A stretch of DNA of 64,000 nt. It comes from an uncultured Alphaproteobacteria bacterium (GTDB lineage Bacteria; Pseudomonadota; Alphaproteobacteria; ATCC43930; CGMCC-115725). The position numbers and the translations under genes were made by a program. The notes under the pieces are model-generated. The model saw nothing but the letters and a program-made list of their open reading frames with translations. It had not been told where the DNA came from and made no database searches. How positions within the stretch are numbered: the first letter of the stretch is position 1; each line of letters starts with the position of its first letter. Positions 1 through 7,876 of the stretch are shown piece after piece. The stretch covers positions 235,811 through 299,810 of the forward strand of contig CAVXLL010000014.1 of the NCBI GenBank assembly GCA_963762575.1. Reading direction: 5' to 3'.

Positions 1-157
1 CTGTGCCGGCTCCTCCTAAAGGCGGCCGGTTATGCCAGCAAACGGAAAGGCAGCGCTCGCCTTTGACACCGCGCATTCGATGCTGTGTTGAACAGGTGGC
101 GGGCCTGCCCGTCGGTCAGAAGCGGGCCTCTTCTTCTGTGGAGCTGGCTGTGGAGCT

Positions 158-194
158 GGAAAATGGAAACGCCCCCAAATTTCGGGGCGTTTCC
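158..194 (-). terminator. Rho-independent terminator of hsp20
   Basis: Inverted repeat GGAAACGCCCC (165-175) / GGGGCGTTTCC (184-194). On the minus strand the hairpin is followed by ATTTTCC. Lies about 35 nt past the hsp20 stop. Confidence 0.6.
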
Positions 195-228
195 GTGTTC
201 GGACGGTTACGTTCGTTCGACGTGCCGA

Positions 229-708
229 TTAGGCCGCCTTTTGTTCCCTCACCTGAGGTTGCACAGTTGCGACCGTAGTGCCGATCTTGACCGTGCGCGG
301 CTTGGCTGCCTCGGGCACTTCGTGAACCACATCGACGGAAAGCATGCCGTTGTCGAGGCTGGCACCCACCACCTTCATGTGGTCGGCGAGGCTAAATCGC
401 CGCTCGAAACTGCGCCGGGCGATGCCGCGGTGCAGGTAGTCGCCGCCGTTCTCGTCCTCTTTCTGCGCCCCCTTGCCCGTCACCAGAAGCGTGTTCTCCT
501 GAACGGTAATGTCGAGCTCTGCCGGCGAGAACCCGGCCACGGCCATCGTGAGCCGGTACGCGTCTTCGCCGGTCTTCTCGATGTTGTAAGGCGGGTAGGC
601 GAGAGATGCGCTATCAACGCGGGTCGCCGCATCGACCAACCGGGTGAGACGATCGAAGCCGATCGTCGAACGGAACAACGGAGAAAAATCGAAACGATCC
701 ATGACCAT
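229..708 (-). CDS. Small heat-shock protein, Hsp20/alpha-crystallin family
   Basis: 159-aa ORF with alpha-crystallin-type sequence (AYRLTMAVAGFSPAELDITVQENTLLVTGK ... RRSFERRFSLADHMKVVGASLDNGMLSVDV). AGGAGGA lies 7 nt upstream of the ATG. Confidence 0.93.
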   Translation of the reverse strand: MVMDRFDFSPLFRSTIGFDRLTRLVDAATRVDSASLAYPPYNIEKTGEDAYRLTMAVAGFSPAELDITVQENTLLVTGKGAQKEDENGGDYLHRGIARRSFERRFSLADHMKVVGASLDNGMLSVDVVHEVPEAAKPRTVKIGTTVATVQPQVREQKAA

Positions 709-835
709 ATCCTCCTGTGAGCAACATGGATATCGGCACCTTCCACCAGGATAAATGCCAGTTTGTGATGCGCGGACCCAAAATGGCGACCGTGCATTTC
801 TTTATATGGTGATTGACAATATTTTTATAAGTGCG
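709..835 (-). promoter_or_regulatory. ROSE-like 5' leader (candidate RNA thermometer) plus AT-rich promoter region of hsp20
   Basis: The minus-strand leader ends ...AUAUCCAUGUUGCUCACAGGAGGAUAUGGUCAUG. AUAUCC can pair with GGAUAU across the SD, and a UUGCU motif is present as in ROSE elements of rhizobial small-hsp genes. An AT-rich stretch (TTGTCA, TATAAA) lies further upstream. Confidence 0.45.
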
Positions 836-973
836 TTCAGGAAGTCTGATCATATTATATTATTACGATGTTTGCTGCAAAACATTGGCTGTCACCGCGC
901 CACTATTTCGATTCAAAATCATTAGGGCGGAGCGTCTCACGAGGACGCGTGGAGAGCCGAGCAGTGCCGGGCC

Positions 974-1154
974 GGTTCGCAGCAAACTCTCCGCTGGAGG
1001 GATGGATTCGAACCATGGGTTCCTGTCGCGAGGGAGCCGGTTTATAACGCGGAAGGTGAATTGCGCGGGGATCGACGGGCGGCCAAAAAGGCGGGGTACC
1101 GATGGTTCGAATCCATCTCCCTCCAGCGGCGAGTTTGCGAACCATCGGTCCCGC
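974..1154. repeat. T-arm-like hairpin repeat (TLH), inverted pair
   Basis: Copy 974-1023 (minus orientation) and copy 1095-1154 (plus). Plus copy: GGGGTACCGATGGTTCGAATCCATCTCCCTCCAGCGGCGAGTTTGCGAACCATCGGTCCCGC. ACCGATGGTTCG pairs with CGAACCATCGGT. Confidence 0.85.
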
Positions 1155-1479
1155 TGTGGGGAGAAGGCACAGCTTAGGCGTGCCGTCAGCCACACTCGGG
1201 GTGGGCTGAAGGCCCACGGCTCGAACGCCACCTCGCCGAAGCCCGGTTGCCGCCCGGCAAGACCCTCGACAGCTTCGACTTCGAGGCTGCGGCGGCTTAC
1301 TTTGCTGATAACTTGCGCTTCCATGCCTTCCTCCCTGCGCCGCTGGCGAGAGCCGTCGCCCCGGACCCTTCATGTAACAACAACAAAATCTGTTGCGTGT
1401 TACCGCGGCGCATCAACTCGACTGTCTCTCAGGCAAGAACTGCAGAGCAGCAGCAGATCGGTGTGGAATAGAAATGGAT

Positions 1480-1870
1480 CGGGACCAAAAAGCCGTGCCC
1501 TATGCCGGCCGTCGGCCAGACGGCTCGGAGAAAACGTGCTGGTCGCCTGGAACGGCAGCCGTGAAGCCGGACGGGCGGTGCAAGATGCAATCCCCCTAAT
1601 GACCACATCAAGCGTGGTTACGGTCCTGTTGGTCGATCCGGATGAGAATGCCGACATCGACCTTGCCGAGGACCTGCTCGCCCATCTGCTCACACTTGGA
1701 GAAAAAAAGCTCGCTCTCGAGCGTACCAAACAAATTCCCCGACTGTCGCTGAATAGCCGGAATCGGCGCAACCTCGCCGTCCGCGCACGCTCCGGCGAAG
1801 GTCGGCGTAGGTTCGAATTGAGCCATTCGCGGACAACTCGATGCCGCCGAGCGTCATCGCGGGCGCGGAC
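1480..1870 (+). pseudogene. Universal stress protein (UspA-family) fragment, frameshifted
   Basis: AVPYAG.. then (other frame) ENVLVAWNGSREAGRAVQDAIPLM..VTVLLVDP parallels VVPYAG..VLVAWDGTREANRALHDALPLIGDAEAVTVIYVG of the Usp gene at 53515-54418. It sits inside a spurious 443-aa composite ORF. Confidence 0.35.
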
Positions 1871-2158
1871 GAACCGATTGAGTGGGGTAGCTTATAGAGC
1901 CTCTCACGCGCGCCTCCGCCCGCCCGCCCGCGCTCCACGGCACGCGCCGGCCCGCTTCCGAGGCGCCGGCGGCCATCGCAGGCGCCTGGGAAGGGGTAAA
2001 AAGATGGCGCTCATCGGGCAATTAGCGTCGCGCTGGTCAATGGCGGGCCCCGCACTGCGAGGCAGGCGCGTCAAAGCGAATGCGTTATTGTTTAGCGCCG
2101 TTCCACGCGAGAATCTGATAGAGGATGATGTACAGAGAGGCAGAAGCGGAAGCGCGGC

Positions 2159-3013
2159 GTGAGCGACCCGGATGCCGAGCGTCACAGTCAGAAGGGCGAT
2201 GCCCAGACCGTCTATCGGGTGATTGCGCCTGATCAAGGCATGGATAAAACGGGCGGCGTGGGGGTGCCCGCGGTACGTTTTGTGGCCCGAAATGGAAGTG
2301 TGCTACGGCCCCAACCTTGTCCGTTTGCAGCTGCGGAGAGCAGCCTGGGCAACATGATCACTATCCTCCTCGCAAGCGGGTATAGCGACGCAGCAGCCTT
2401 TCTCCAAAACATCCTCTCAGCCGCCGGCCTGCCAATCTCCATCACGGGCGGCTGCGCGCCCGGAGGGCCGGCCGGACCGGCTGCCGTAACCTTCGGACCG
2501 GCTCCCGGAACAAACTTTTTCCCCGACCCCGTGACCACCTATCTTCAAACTCCGAATGTGTGTTTTCAACCTCAGAAGGTGCTCATTCTCAGGGGCAAGG
2601 CCTTCGTCTTCCCCAATACATATGTGGGCGAATCGATCTTTGAGCCTGCGTTCGATGCTCAAGTGCAAGCGCGATATTGGTCAATGTGCAACAATGATGG
2701 GGTGATCCCCTATCCCGTTATCGGGTGCGAAGCTGATTATGAGACGAAGCTCGATCAAAGCCAATTCTACACCTACGTCGTCTCACCTGATCCGGCTCCA
2801 CCATCTTGGCTTCCGGCAGACGCGACATGGCTGCCGTGGGGCCCGGTAAATGCACCCATAACGGTCATTTTCAGGAGTATTCTCACCGAGTTCTCAACGA
2901 TTCCAGCGGACTTCTACCCGCAAGGGGCGCTCTGCGATCAAGCGCTCTTCATTGCCCAAGGATGGCGAGGGTGCTTTGCCGCTGCCGGTCTCAGCGTGGC
3001 GACTGGCTCTTGA
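2159..3013 (+). CDS. Hypothetical protein (possibly 5'-truncated), no family recognised
   Basis: 284-aa ORF with non-repetitive, Trp/Tyr/Cys-containing sequence (ARYWSMCNNDGVIPYPVIGCEADYETKLDQSQFYTYVVSPDP), unlike the Arg/Ala-rich shadow ORFs. Start uncertain. Confidence 0.45.
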   Translation: MSDPDAERHSQKGDAQTVYRVIAPDQGMDKTGGVGVPAVRFVARNGSVLRPQPCPFAAAESSLGNMITILLASGYSDAAAFLQNILSAAGLPISITGGCAPGGPAGPAAVTFGPAPGTNFFPDPVTTYLQTPNVCFQPQKVLILRGKAFVFPNTYVGESIFEPAFDAQVQARYWSMCNNDGVIPYPVIGCEADYETKLDQSQFYTYVVSPDPAPPSWLPADATWLPWGPVNAPITVIFRSILTEFSTIPADFYPQGALCDQALFIAQGWRGCFAAAGLSVATGS

Positions 3014-3195
3014 GGCTCGGCCATCAAAGCGGGCGCTGGCCCGCCGCCTGACGCCCGATCGGTTTCGTCGGGATACTCTCGGGAAACGCGCGTCCGGTGC
3101 TTGAAACTTCCGGCAAGGAGGAGCAGGCTACCGCGTTATTTAACTCGCGCAGCGCCGCCGCCGTAAACGGCCGAAATGCGGCGGCGGTGGCAATC

Positions 3196-3430
3196 GCAAT
3201 CCCAGCTGACGGTAAAGGATTGCCTGGCGGTAAAGGGGACTACGCCGCCGGTAACACCGTGTACGAGACCACGTGCGCGGCTTGTTTAACACGGACCTCA
3301 AGGGCGCGCCGGGGTTTCCGGATATGCCTGCGGGAGCGGCGCTGCGCCTCATTGGCGGTCGTGGCACGTTGACATCGACCAACCCGGTGGTAATCGTCGA
3401 GAGCTACTGGCCATACGCTACGACCTGCAC
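3196..3430 (+). pseudogene. c-type cytochrome fragment, frameshifted in the CxxCH motif and 3'-truncated
   Basis: GNTVYETTCAAC followed after a frame change by DLKGAPGFPDMPAGAALRLIGGRGTLTSTNPVVIVESYWPYATT. The sequence ends abruptly where the IS1634-like remnant begins. Confidence 0.5.
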
Positions 3431-3620
3431 CCGCTGGTGCCGGGGCTGACGCCGCGCAGCGTGCTGTAGAAGTTCGCCGCGATGCAGATGATCGACGTGA
3501 TATGCCAACGACTGACGGCCGCGAGCTCATGCTCACCCGCTATACAGAGCCCGACCCGAGCTCAGCCTGTTGCCATAAGCATGACGGACTGAGGCTCACA
3601 TGCGCCCGCCGCAACGAGGA
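3431..3620 (+). mobile_element. 3' remnant of a diverged IS1634/IS4-like element
   Basis: Nucleotide-level similarity to the 3' end of the transposase gene at 32620-34356 (GGGCTGACGCCGCGCAGCGTGCTG..AAGTTCGCCGC..GCAGATGATCGA..CTCACCCGCTATAC.GAGCCCGA.CCCGAGCTCAGCCT). Confidence 0.7.
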
Positions 3621-3652
3621 TGCCGGATCGAGAAACGCGCTGAAGCATCTTC

Positions 3653-3682
3653 TCCTCTCGCGCGCGAGAGGATAAAAACTCG
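3653..3682. repeat. GC hairpin + GATAAAAACTC tail motif, copy 1
   Basis: Perfect palindrome TCCTCTCGCG/CGCGAGAGGA (3653-3672) followed by TAAAAACTC. Same architecture at 19353 and 37155. Confidence 0.8.
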
Positions 3683-3745
3683 GCTGCACGAGCGACGGCA
3701 CCGCAGCCGGCTGCGATGGGCCGCGAAATAACAAAGGGGAGCCCT

Positions 3746-4741
3746 ATGGAGTACCGGCGCTTTGGACGCACTGAGCTAAAAATCTCGGCAATCGGGTTCG
3801 GCTGCTGGGAAATCGGCGGGACCTACGGTCGGATCGATGAGGCAGAATTTCAGCGCGCCGTGGCGCGCGCGATCGACGGCGGCATCACCTGCTTCGACAC
3901 GGCGGAAGCCTATGGCATGGGCGTGTCGGAAGAGGCGCTGGCACGGGCGCTCGGGCCACGCCGACATGATGTCGCGATCGCAACCAAATTCGGCGTCGGG
4001 TACGAGGAGATGCCGAACCGCCGCGACAGCAGCCGGACGCGCGTGCTCGCCTCGATCGAAAAAAGCCTGAGGCGGCTCAAGACCGATCATGTCGAGATCT
4101 ATCTCGTACATTGGCCGGACCCCAATACGCCGCTCGACGAGACTATGGCGGCGCTCGACGACATCGTGCGGCAAGGTAAGGCGCGCTCTGTCGGCGTCTC
4201 GAATTTCCGCCTGGTGCAGATCGAAGAGGCGATGCGGTTGCGCCGTATCGATGTCGTGCAATACGCCTGGAACATGTTCGACCGGCGCATGCAGACGGAG
4301 ATCTTTCCCTATTGCGCGGCGCAGCAGATTGGCGTGATGGCGTACGGATCGCTGGCCTACGGTATGCTGAGCGGCACGTTCCATTCCGGGATGTCTTTCG
4401 ACGAGAGCGACTGGCGCTCGAAGGCCGGCAACCTCGGCAGCCTCAACCTGTTCCGCACCTTGTTCGGACCCGAGCAGTTCCCGCGCAATCTGGCCGCCGT
4501 CGAGGATCTGAAACGACTGGCGGCCAAGTACGGCAAGACTTTGCCGCAATTCGCATTGCGCTGGACACTGAGCAACCCGGTCGTCGGCACGGCACTGGTC
4601 GGCTTTCGCACGCCTGCCGAAGTGAGGGAAAACCTGGGTGCGCTCGGCTGGGAGATCAGCAACGCCGATATGGCCGAGGTCGATGCCATTCTCGCCCGCC
4701 ACCATGCGGTCACCGTGCCGCCGGGTTGGCTCGAGGATTAG
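3746..4741 (+). CDS. Aldo/keto reductase family oxidoreductase
   Basis: MEYRRFGRTELKISAIGFGCWEIGG..CFDTAEAYG..IATKFG..YLVHWPD typical of the AKR family. GGGGAG precedes the ATG at 3746; the ORF also opens at 3716. Confidence 0.92.
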   Translation: MEYRRFGRTELKISAIGFGCWEIGGTYGRIDEAEFQRAVARAIDGGITCFDTAEAYGMGVSEEALARALGPRRHDVAIATKFGVGYEEMPNRRDSSRTRVLASIEKSLRRLKTDHVEIYLVHWPDPNTPLDETMAALDDIVRQGKARSVGVSNFRLVQIEEAMRLRRIDVVQYAWNMFDRRMQTEIFPYCAAQQIGVMAYGSLAYGMLSGTFHSGMSFDESDWRSKAGNLGSLNLFRTLFGPEQFPRNLAAVEDLKRLAAKYGKTLPQFALRWTLSNPVVGTALVGFRTPAEVRENLGALGWEISNADMAEVDAILARHHAVTVPPGWLED

Positions 4742-4793
4742 GCTGGACAAACCAAGTTCGCAACGTGCTGTCGCCATCGAGAGGAGGATCAGA

Positions 4794-5060
4794 ATGCCGG
4801 TTCAACGCTTCGCGCCAATGACCAAGGAGTTCGCCACCTTTGATTGCGATGCGCATGTCACGGAGCCGCCGCTGATCTGGGAGCGCGCCAAGGATTTTCT
4901 CACCCGCGACGAACTCGATGCGCTGAAGCGCACGATCTGGTGGGACGCCGACGGCCGCCTCTTGATCGTCAACGGTCGCGCCGGGATCGGTCTTGGCTCG
5001 CCGCGGCGCGGCGGCATCCCCGGCACGATGCGGGTCATCAGCAATGCCGGCCCGGGCGTC
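4794..5060 (+). pseudogene. Amidohydrolase-family gene, 5' fragment only
   Basis: GAGGAGGA RBS then MPVQRFAPMTKEFATFDCDAHVTEPPLIWERAKDFL..DALKRTIWWDADGRLLIVNG. Homology stops near 5060, where the truncated LSR gene abuts on the other strand. Confidence 0.55.
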
Positions 5061-6108
5061 AAGCATGCAGCTTGCGTCCACAATGTCCACAGCGGAGGAG
5101 TCCTACCAGAAGACCCTGGCCAGCGCGTATCGCCGCCATCAACTCGTCCCCCTCCCAGTTCACGGAATTACGCCGCATCATTCGTCGGTTCTCTTCGTAT
5201 GTGGCCCAGTGAATATAACCTACATGATGATCGCGCATGAAGACGCGGCACTCTTCGGCGGGGCGCATCGCGCTCTGACGTTTTTCAAGCCGGCCGTCCA
5301 CCAGCAACGTCGTTACCGGACGCCGTCCCCAAACATACGCGCCAGCATAGAAGGGATTGCACAAAATGTCGCGGATCAGGCTCTGCGAGGGAATCTTCCA
5401 GACCAGCCGCGTTCCCTGAATGGGGTTGGCCGGTAGCTCCACGTCGTGATCACGGAACCATTGGAATGTCTGACGCACGCTCCACAGTTCTCGAAACTTG
5501 GCGAACACGAGTTGTATCGCTTCGCAGATCCGTCGGTCGGGATGAAACACAATCTTTCCCACGGGGTCTCGGGCATACCCAACCGGGAGCCTTTTGAACA
5601 GTTCACCGCGGCGCGCTTTGGACTCCTGTCCCGCCAGCAATCGTTGGCGTAGGACCTTGAGTTCGACCACGCTGAGTGTCCCTTTGATGCCCAGCACCAA
5701 TTGATCGTCGAGAAAATTCAAATCGTAGATCTGTTGCTCGTCAGCGATAAGCGTTCCAAAGATCTGACACACCTCGAGCAGCCGACACCAGTCTTTGTCG
5801 GTGCGGGATAGCCGCGATAATTCCCGGCTGCCGACGATTCCGACCTCTCCCAGTGCCACCAAGCTGAGGACACGCTCGAAGCCTTCCCGCTGGGCGGAGG
5901 CAATGCCCGCGCTCGATCCCAGGTCACTATTGATGATCTCGACCTGCTTCCAGCCCAGAGCACGCACTCGTTCGGCCACCGCATACTGCAGCTGTTGACT
6001 TTCCTTATTCTGTCGCACTTGTCTTTCGCTGGACTGCCGAAGGTAGACGATCGCCTTCCGAGCCAGGTGCTCCGGTTTGATCTTGGCATTGTACAAAACC
6101 TCGGTCAT
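5059..6108 (-). pseudogene. Large serine recombinase, C-terminally truncated
   Basis: 349 aa: KPEHLARKAIVYLRQSSERQ (catalytic Ser region), resolvase and recombinase domains, and the start of the zinc ribbon (LLRCGHCGRKLH). It ends there, whereas the paralog at 11386-13461 has 691 aa. Confidence 0.85.
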
Positions 6109-6584
6109 TGACGCTTCCCCCCTCCTCGTGAAAGACCACTACCAGAACGCGGGCCATGAGATCGATCAGATCGGCGCGTGTCGCTGCGTCGATTGGCACG
6201 ACATCGCATTCCTTTGGGATCATCAGGTCCAGAAATTGAAGTTGCACCACGACCATCTTCCTCGCATGCGTTAACAGTCGTTTGCAGGAGGTTATCGTGA
6301 ACAGGGTCTTTGGAGTCGAGTTGTGAGGTGATCAATGAAGCGAGAGATAGGAGGGCTTCCTTACCCAGATGCGGTCGTTGCGAGATCTTGATCTCGGTGC
6401 ACTCTGGCAACAGCATCCAAACGGGAATCTTCAGTCGCCTCCCAGCTGGGTCCATGACACAGACCGCCCCATCTCCCCGCTTCGGGCTGCGAAGGATCTC
6501 CAGGGTAGCACCACGAAGCGGGTGAAAGGGGTAGAAGACCTGAACATTCGTATTACCCGCGCTCAGGGTATTGTGAGCGTGGGT
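6105..6584 (-). CDS. LSR-module accessory ORF-A homolog (start not identifiable); ORF-B-like frame 6005-6256 overlaps
   Basis: VQVFYPFHPLRGATLEIL..DPAGRRLKIPVWML parallels [28 protein letters not shown] of copy 2. The second frame (LQFLDL...ATRADLIDLMARVLVV) parallels [22 protein letters not shown]. Confidence 0.45.
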   Translation of the reverse strand, partial: THAHNTLSAGNTNVQVFYPFHPLRGATLEILRSPKRGDGAVCVMDPAGRRLKIPVWMLLPECTEIKISQRPHLGKEALLSLASLITSQLDSKDPVHDNLLQTTVNACEEDGRGATSISGPDDPKGMRCRANRRSDTRRSDRSHGPRSGSGLSRGGGKRQ

Positions 6585-6586
6585 GC

Positions 6587-7321
6587 CACCACCCGCACGT
6601 CCATCTGATTGTGCCGGGCGGCGGGATATCCCTCGATGGGACGCGCTGGGTGCGCTGCAAGCCAAACTTCCTGCTGCCGGTGCGGGTGCTGTCCCGCCTG
6701 TTCCGGCGGCTCTTCCTGACGGCTCTCGCCGACACCCACGCGGCAGGCCGGCTGGCGTTCTTTGGGGAGATCGAGGGCCTGCGTCGGCGCGAGGCCTTCG
6801 CCACGCACCTCGCGCCGCTCAAGCGCAAGAAGTGGTTCGTCTACGCCAAGCCGCCCTTCTCCGGGCCGGAAGCAGTGCTTGCCTATCTTGCCCGCTACAC
6901 CCATCGCGTCGCCATCGCGAACAGCCGGCTCATTGCTCTCGACGAGCGCGGCGTGACCTTCCAATACAAGGATTACCGCCGCAATGGGCAGGCGCGGTAC
7001 CGCACAATGACGCTCGCCGCCGACGAGTTCATCAGGCGCTTCTTGCTCCACGTTCTGCCAAAGGGCTTTCATCGCATCCGCCACTACGGGCTGCTCGCCA
7101 GCGCCAGCTGTAAGGCCAACATTGCACGCGCCAGGGAGCTGATGGCCGCCCCAATGGCGCCGGTCGATCCGCCGGCAGCGCACGACACCGCCGATCCGCA
7201 CGCCACGACCGATCATCGTCCGCCGTGCCCTTGCTGTGGCGGCCGCATGATTGTTGTCGAAGTCTTTGCGCGTGACGGCGCACCGCGCGGCCCGCCCTCC
7301 GGCGCCGGGCTCAGGACCTGA
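6587..7321 (+). pseudogene. IS91-family transposase, C-terminal part (5'-truncated)
   Basis: HHPHVHLIVPGGGISLDG..KKWFVYAKPPFSGPEAVLAYLARYTHRVAIANSRL..YKDYR..FIRRFLLHVLPKGFHRIRHYGLL and a C-terminal CPCCGG motif. The N-terminal half is absent. Confidence 0.85.
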
Positions 7322-7783
7322 TTCAATGACCTTCCTTCTCATGTCCTGGCCGCATCCGCTCGCTGGAGCATTCCGCTCCTGGCGTCGCGCCGATTTCACC
7401 GTGCTGCCTGCGAACGCTGTCACAACGCCACCGACGGACCCTGACATCAGCCGTCGAGAGCGGCAGCGGCGGCCAATTTGCGATCACCGGCGGCTTTCAC
7501 ATCTTGGCCAACTCGCAAAACCTATCTCCCGCCGACGCCGCTACTCCGACAAATCCCCATAGACGGCCAAGCGCTCACCGCCTCCCGCGGATTCGTTCTT
7601 CGGAGGCTGTCGGACGCCGGCCCGCCGGCTCTATACCGGATCGACCGCTCGCGCCCGGCCGGCATCCGAAACCCTTCCCGAGATCGGAGCCGGCGCTCCG
7701 CTCTCTAAAAAGCGTCTTGGTGTAGCTCGTCAGCCTCAAGGCTACCGTTCGCCGATCGCCGCTAGATCGCGGCGGTTCGCATC

Positions 7784-7826
7784 AAACTCACTGGTGGAGG
7801 AAGCGAGATTCGAACCTGTATGGGGC
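7784..7826 (-). repeat. TLH repeat copy
   Basis: rc reads ..CAGGTTCGAATCTCGCTTCCTCCACCAGTGAGTTTGATGCGAACC. Confidence 0.7.
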
Positions 7827-7876
7827 TTTTCCTGTCAAGTGGTGGTTTTTGGTTTTTGCCGGTTCTTTGTTCGGAG

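Larger units (their letters stand above)
5059..6585 (-). mobile_element. LSR module copy 1 (ORF-A / ORF-B / recombinase), truncated
   Basis: Same gene order and protein motifs as the complete element at 10813-13491. It lacks the C-terminal half of the recombinase and the far end, and is flanked by unrelated gene fragments. Confidence 0.6.

Noticed and set aside
1095-1154. GGTTCGAATCC-containing repeats as genuine tRNA (or tmRNA) genes or tRNA 3' att-site remnants.
   Set aside because: No matching D-arm, anticodon arm or 5' acceptor strand lies at tRNA distance, and there is no CCA-compatible end. The T-stem pairing is not kept in most copies, and the conserved sequence extends beyond where a tRNA would end.
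831-2162. 443-aa plus-strand ORF.
   Set aside because: It is a composite read-through across two TLH repeats, a Usp fragment and non-coding sequence. It has Arg/Ser-rich composition and no coherent domain.
3653-3682. GC hairpin + GATAAAAACTC copies as rho-independent terminators.
   Set aside because: The hairpin is followed by an A-tract on the plus strand and preceded, not followed, by the T-tract on the minus strand. Neither orientation gives a hairpin followed by a U-run.
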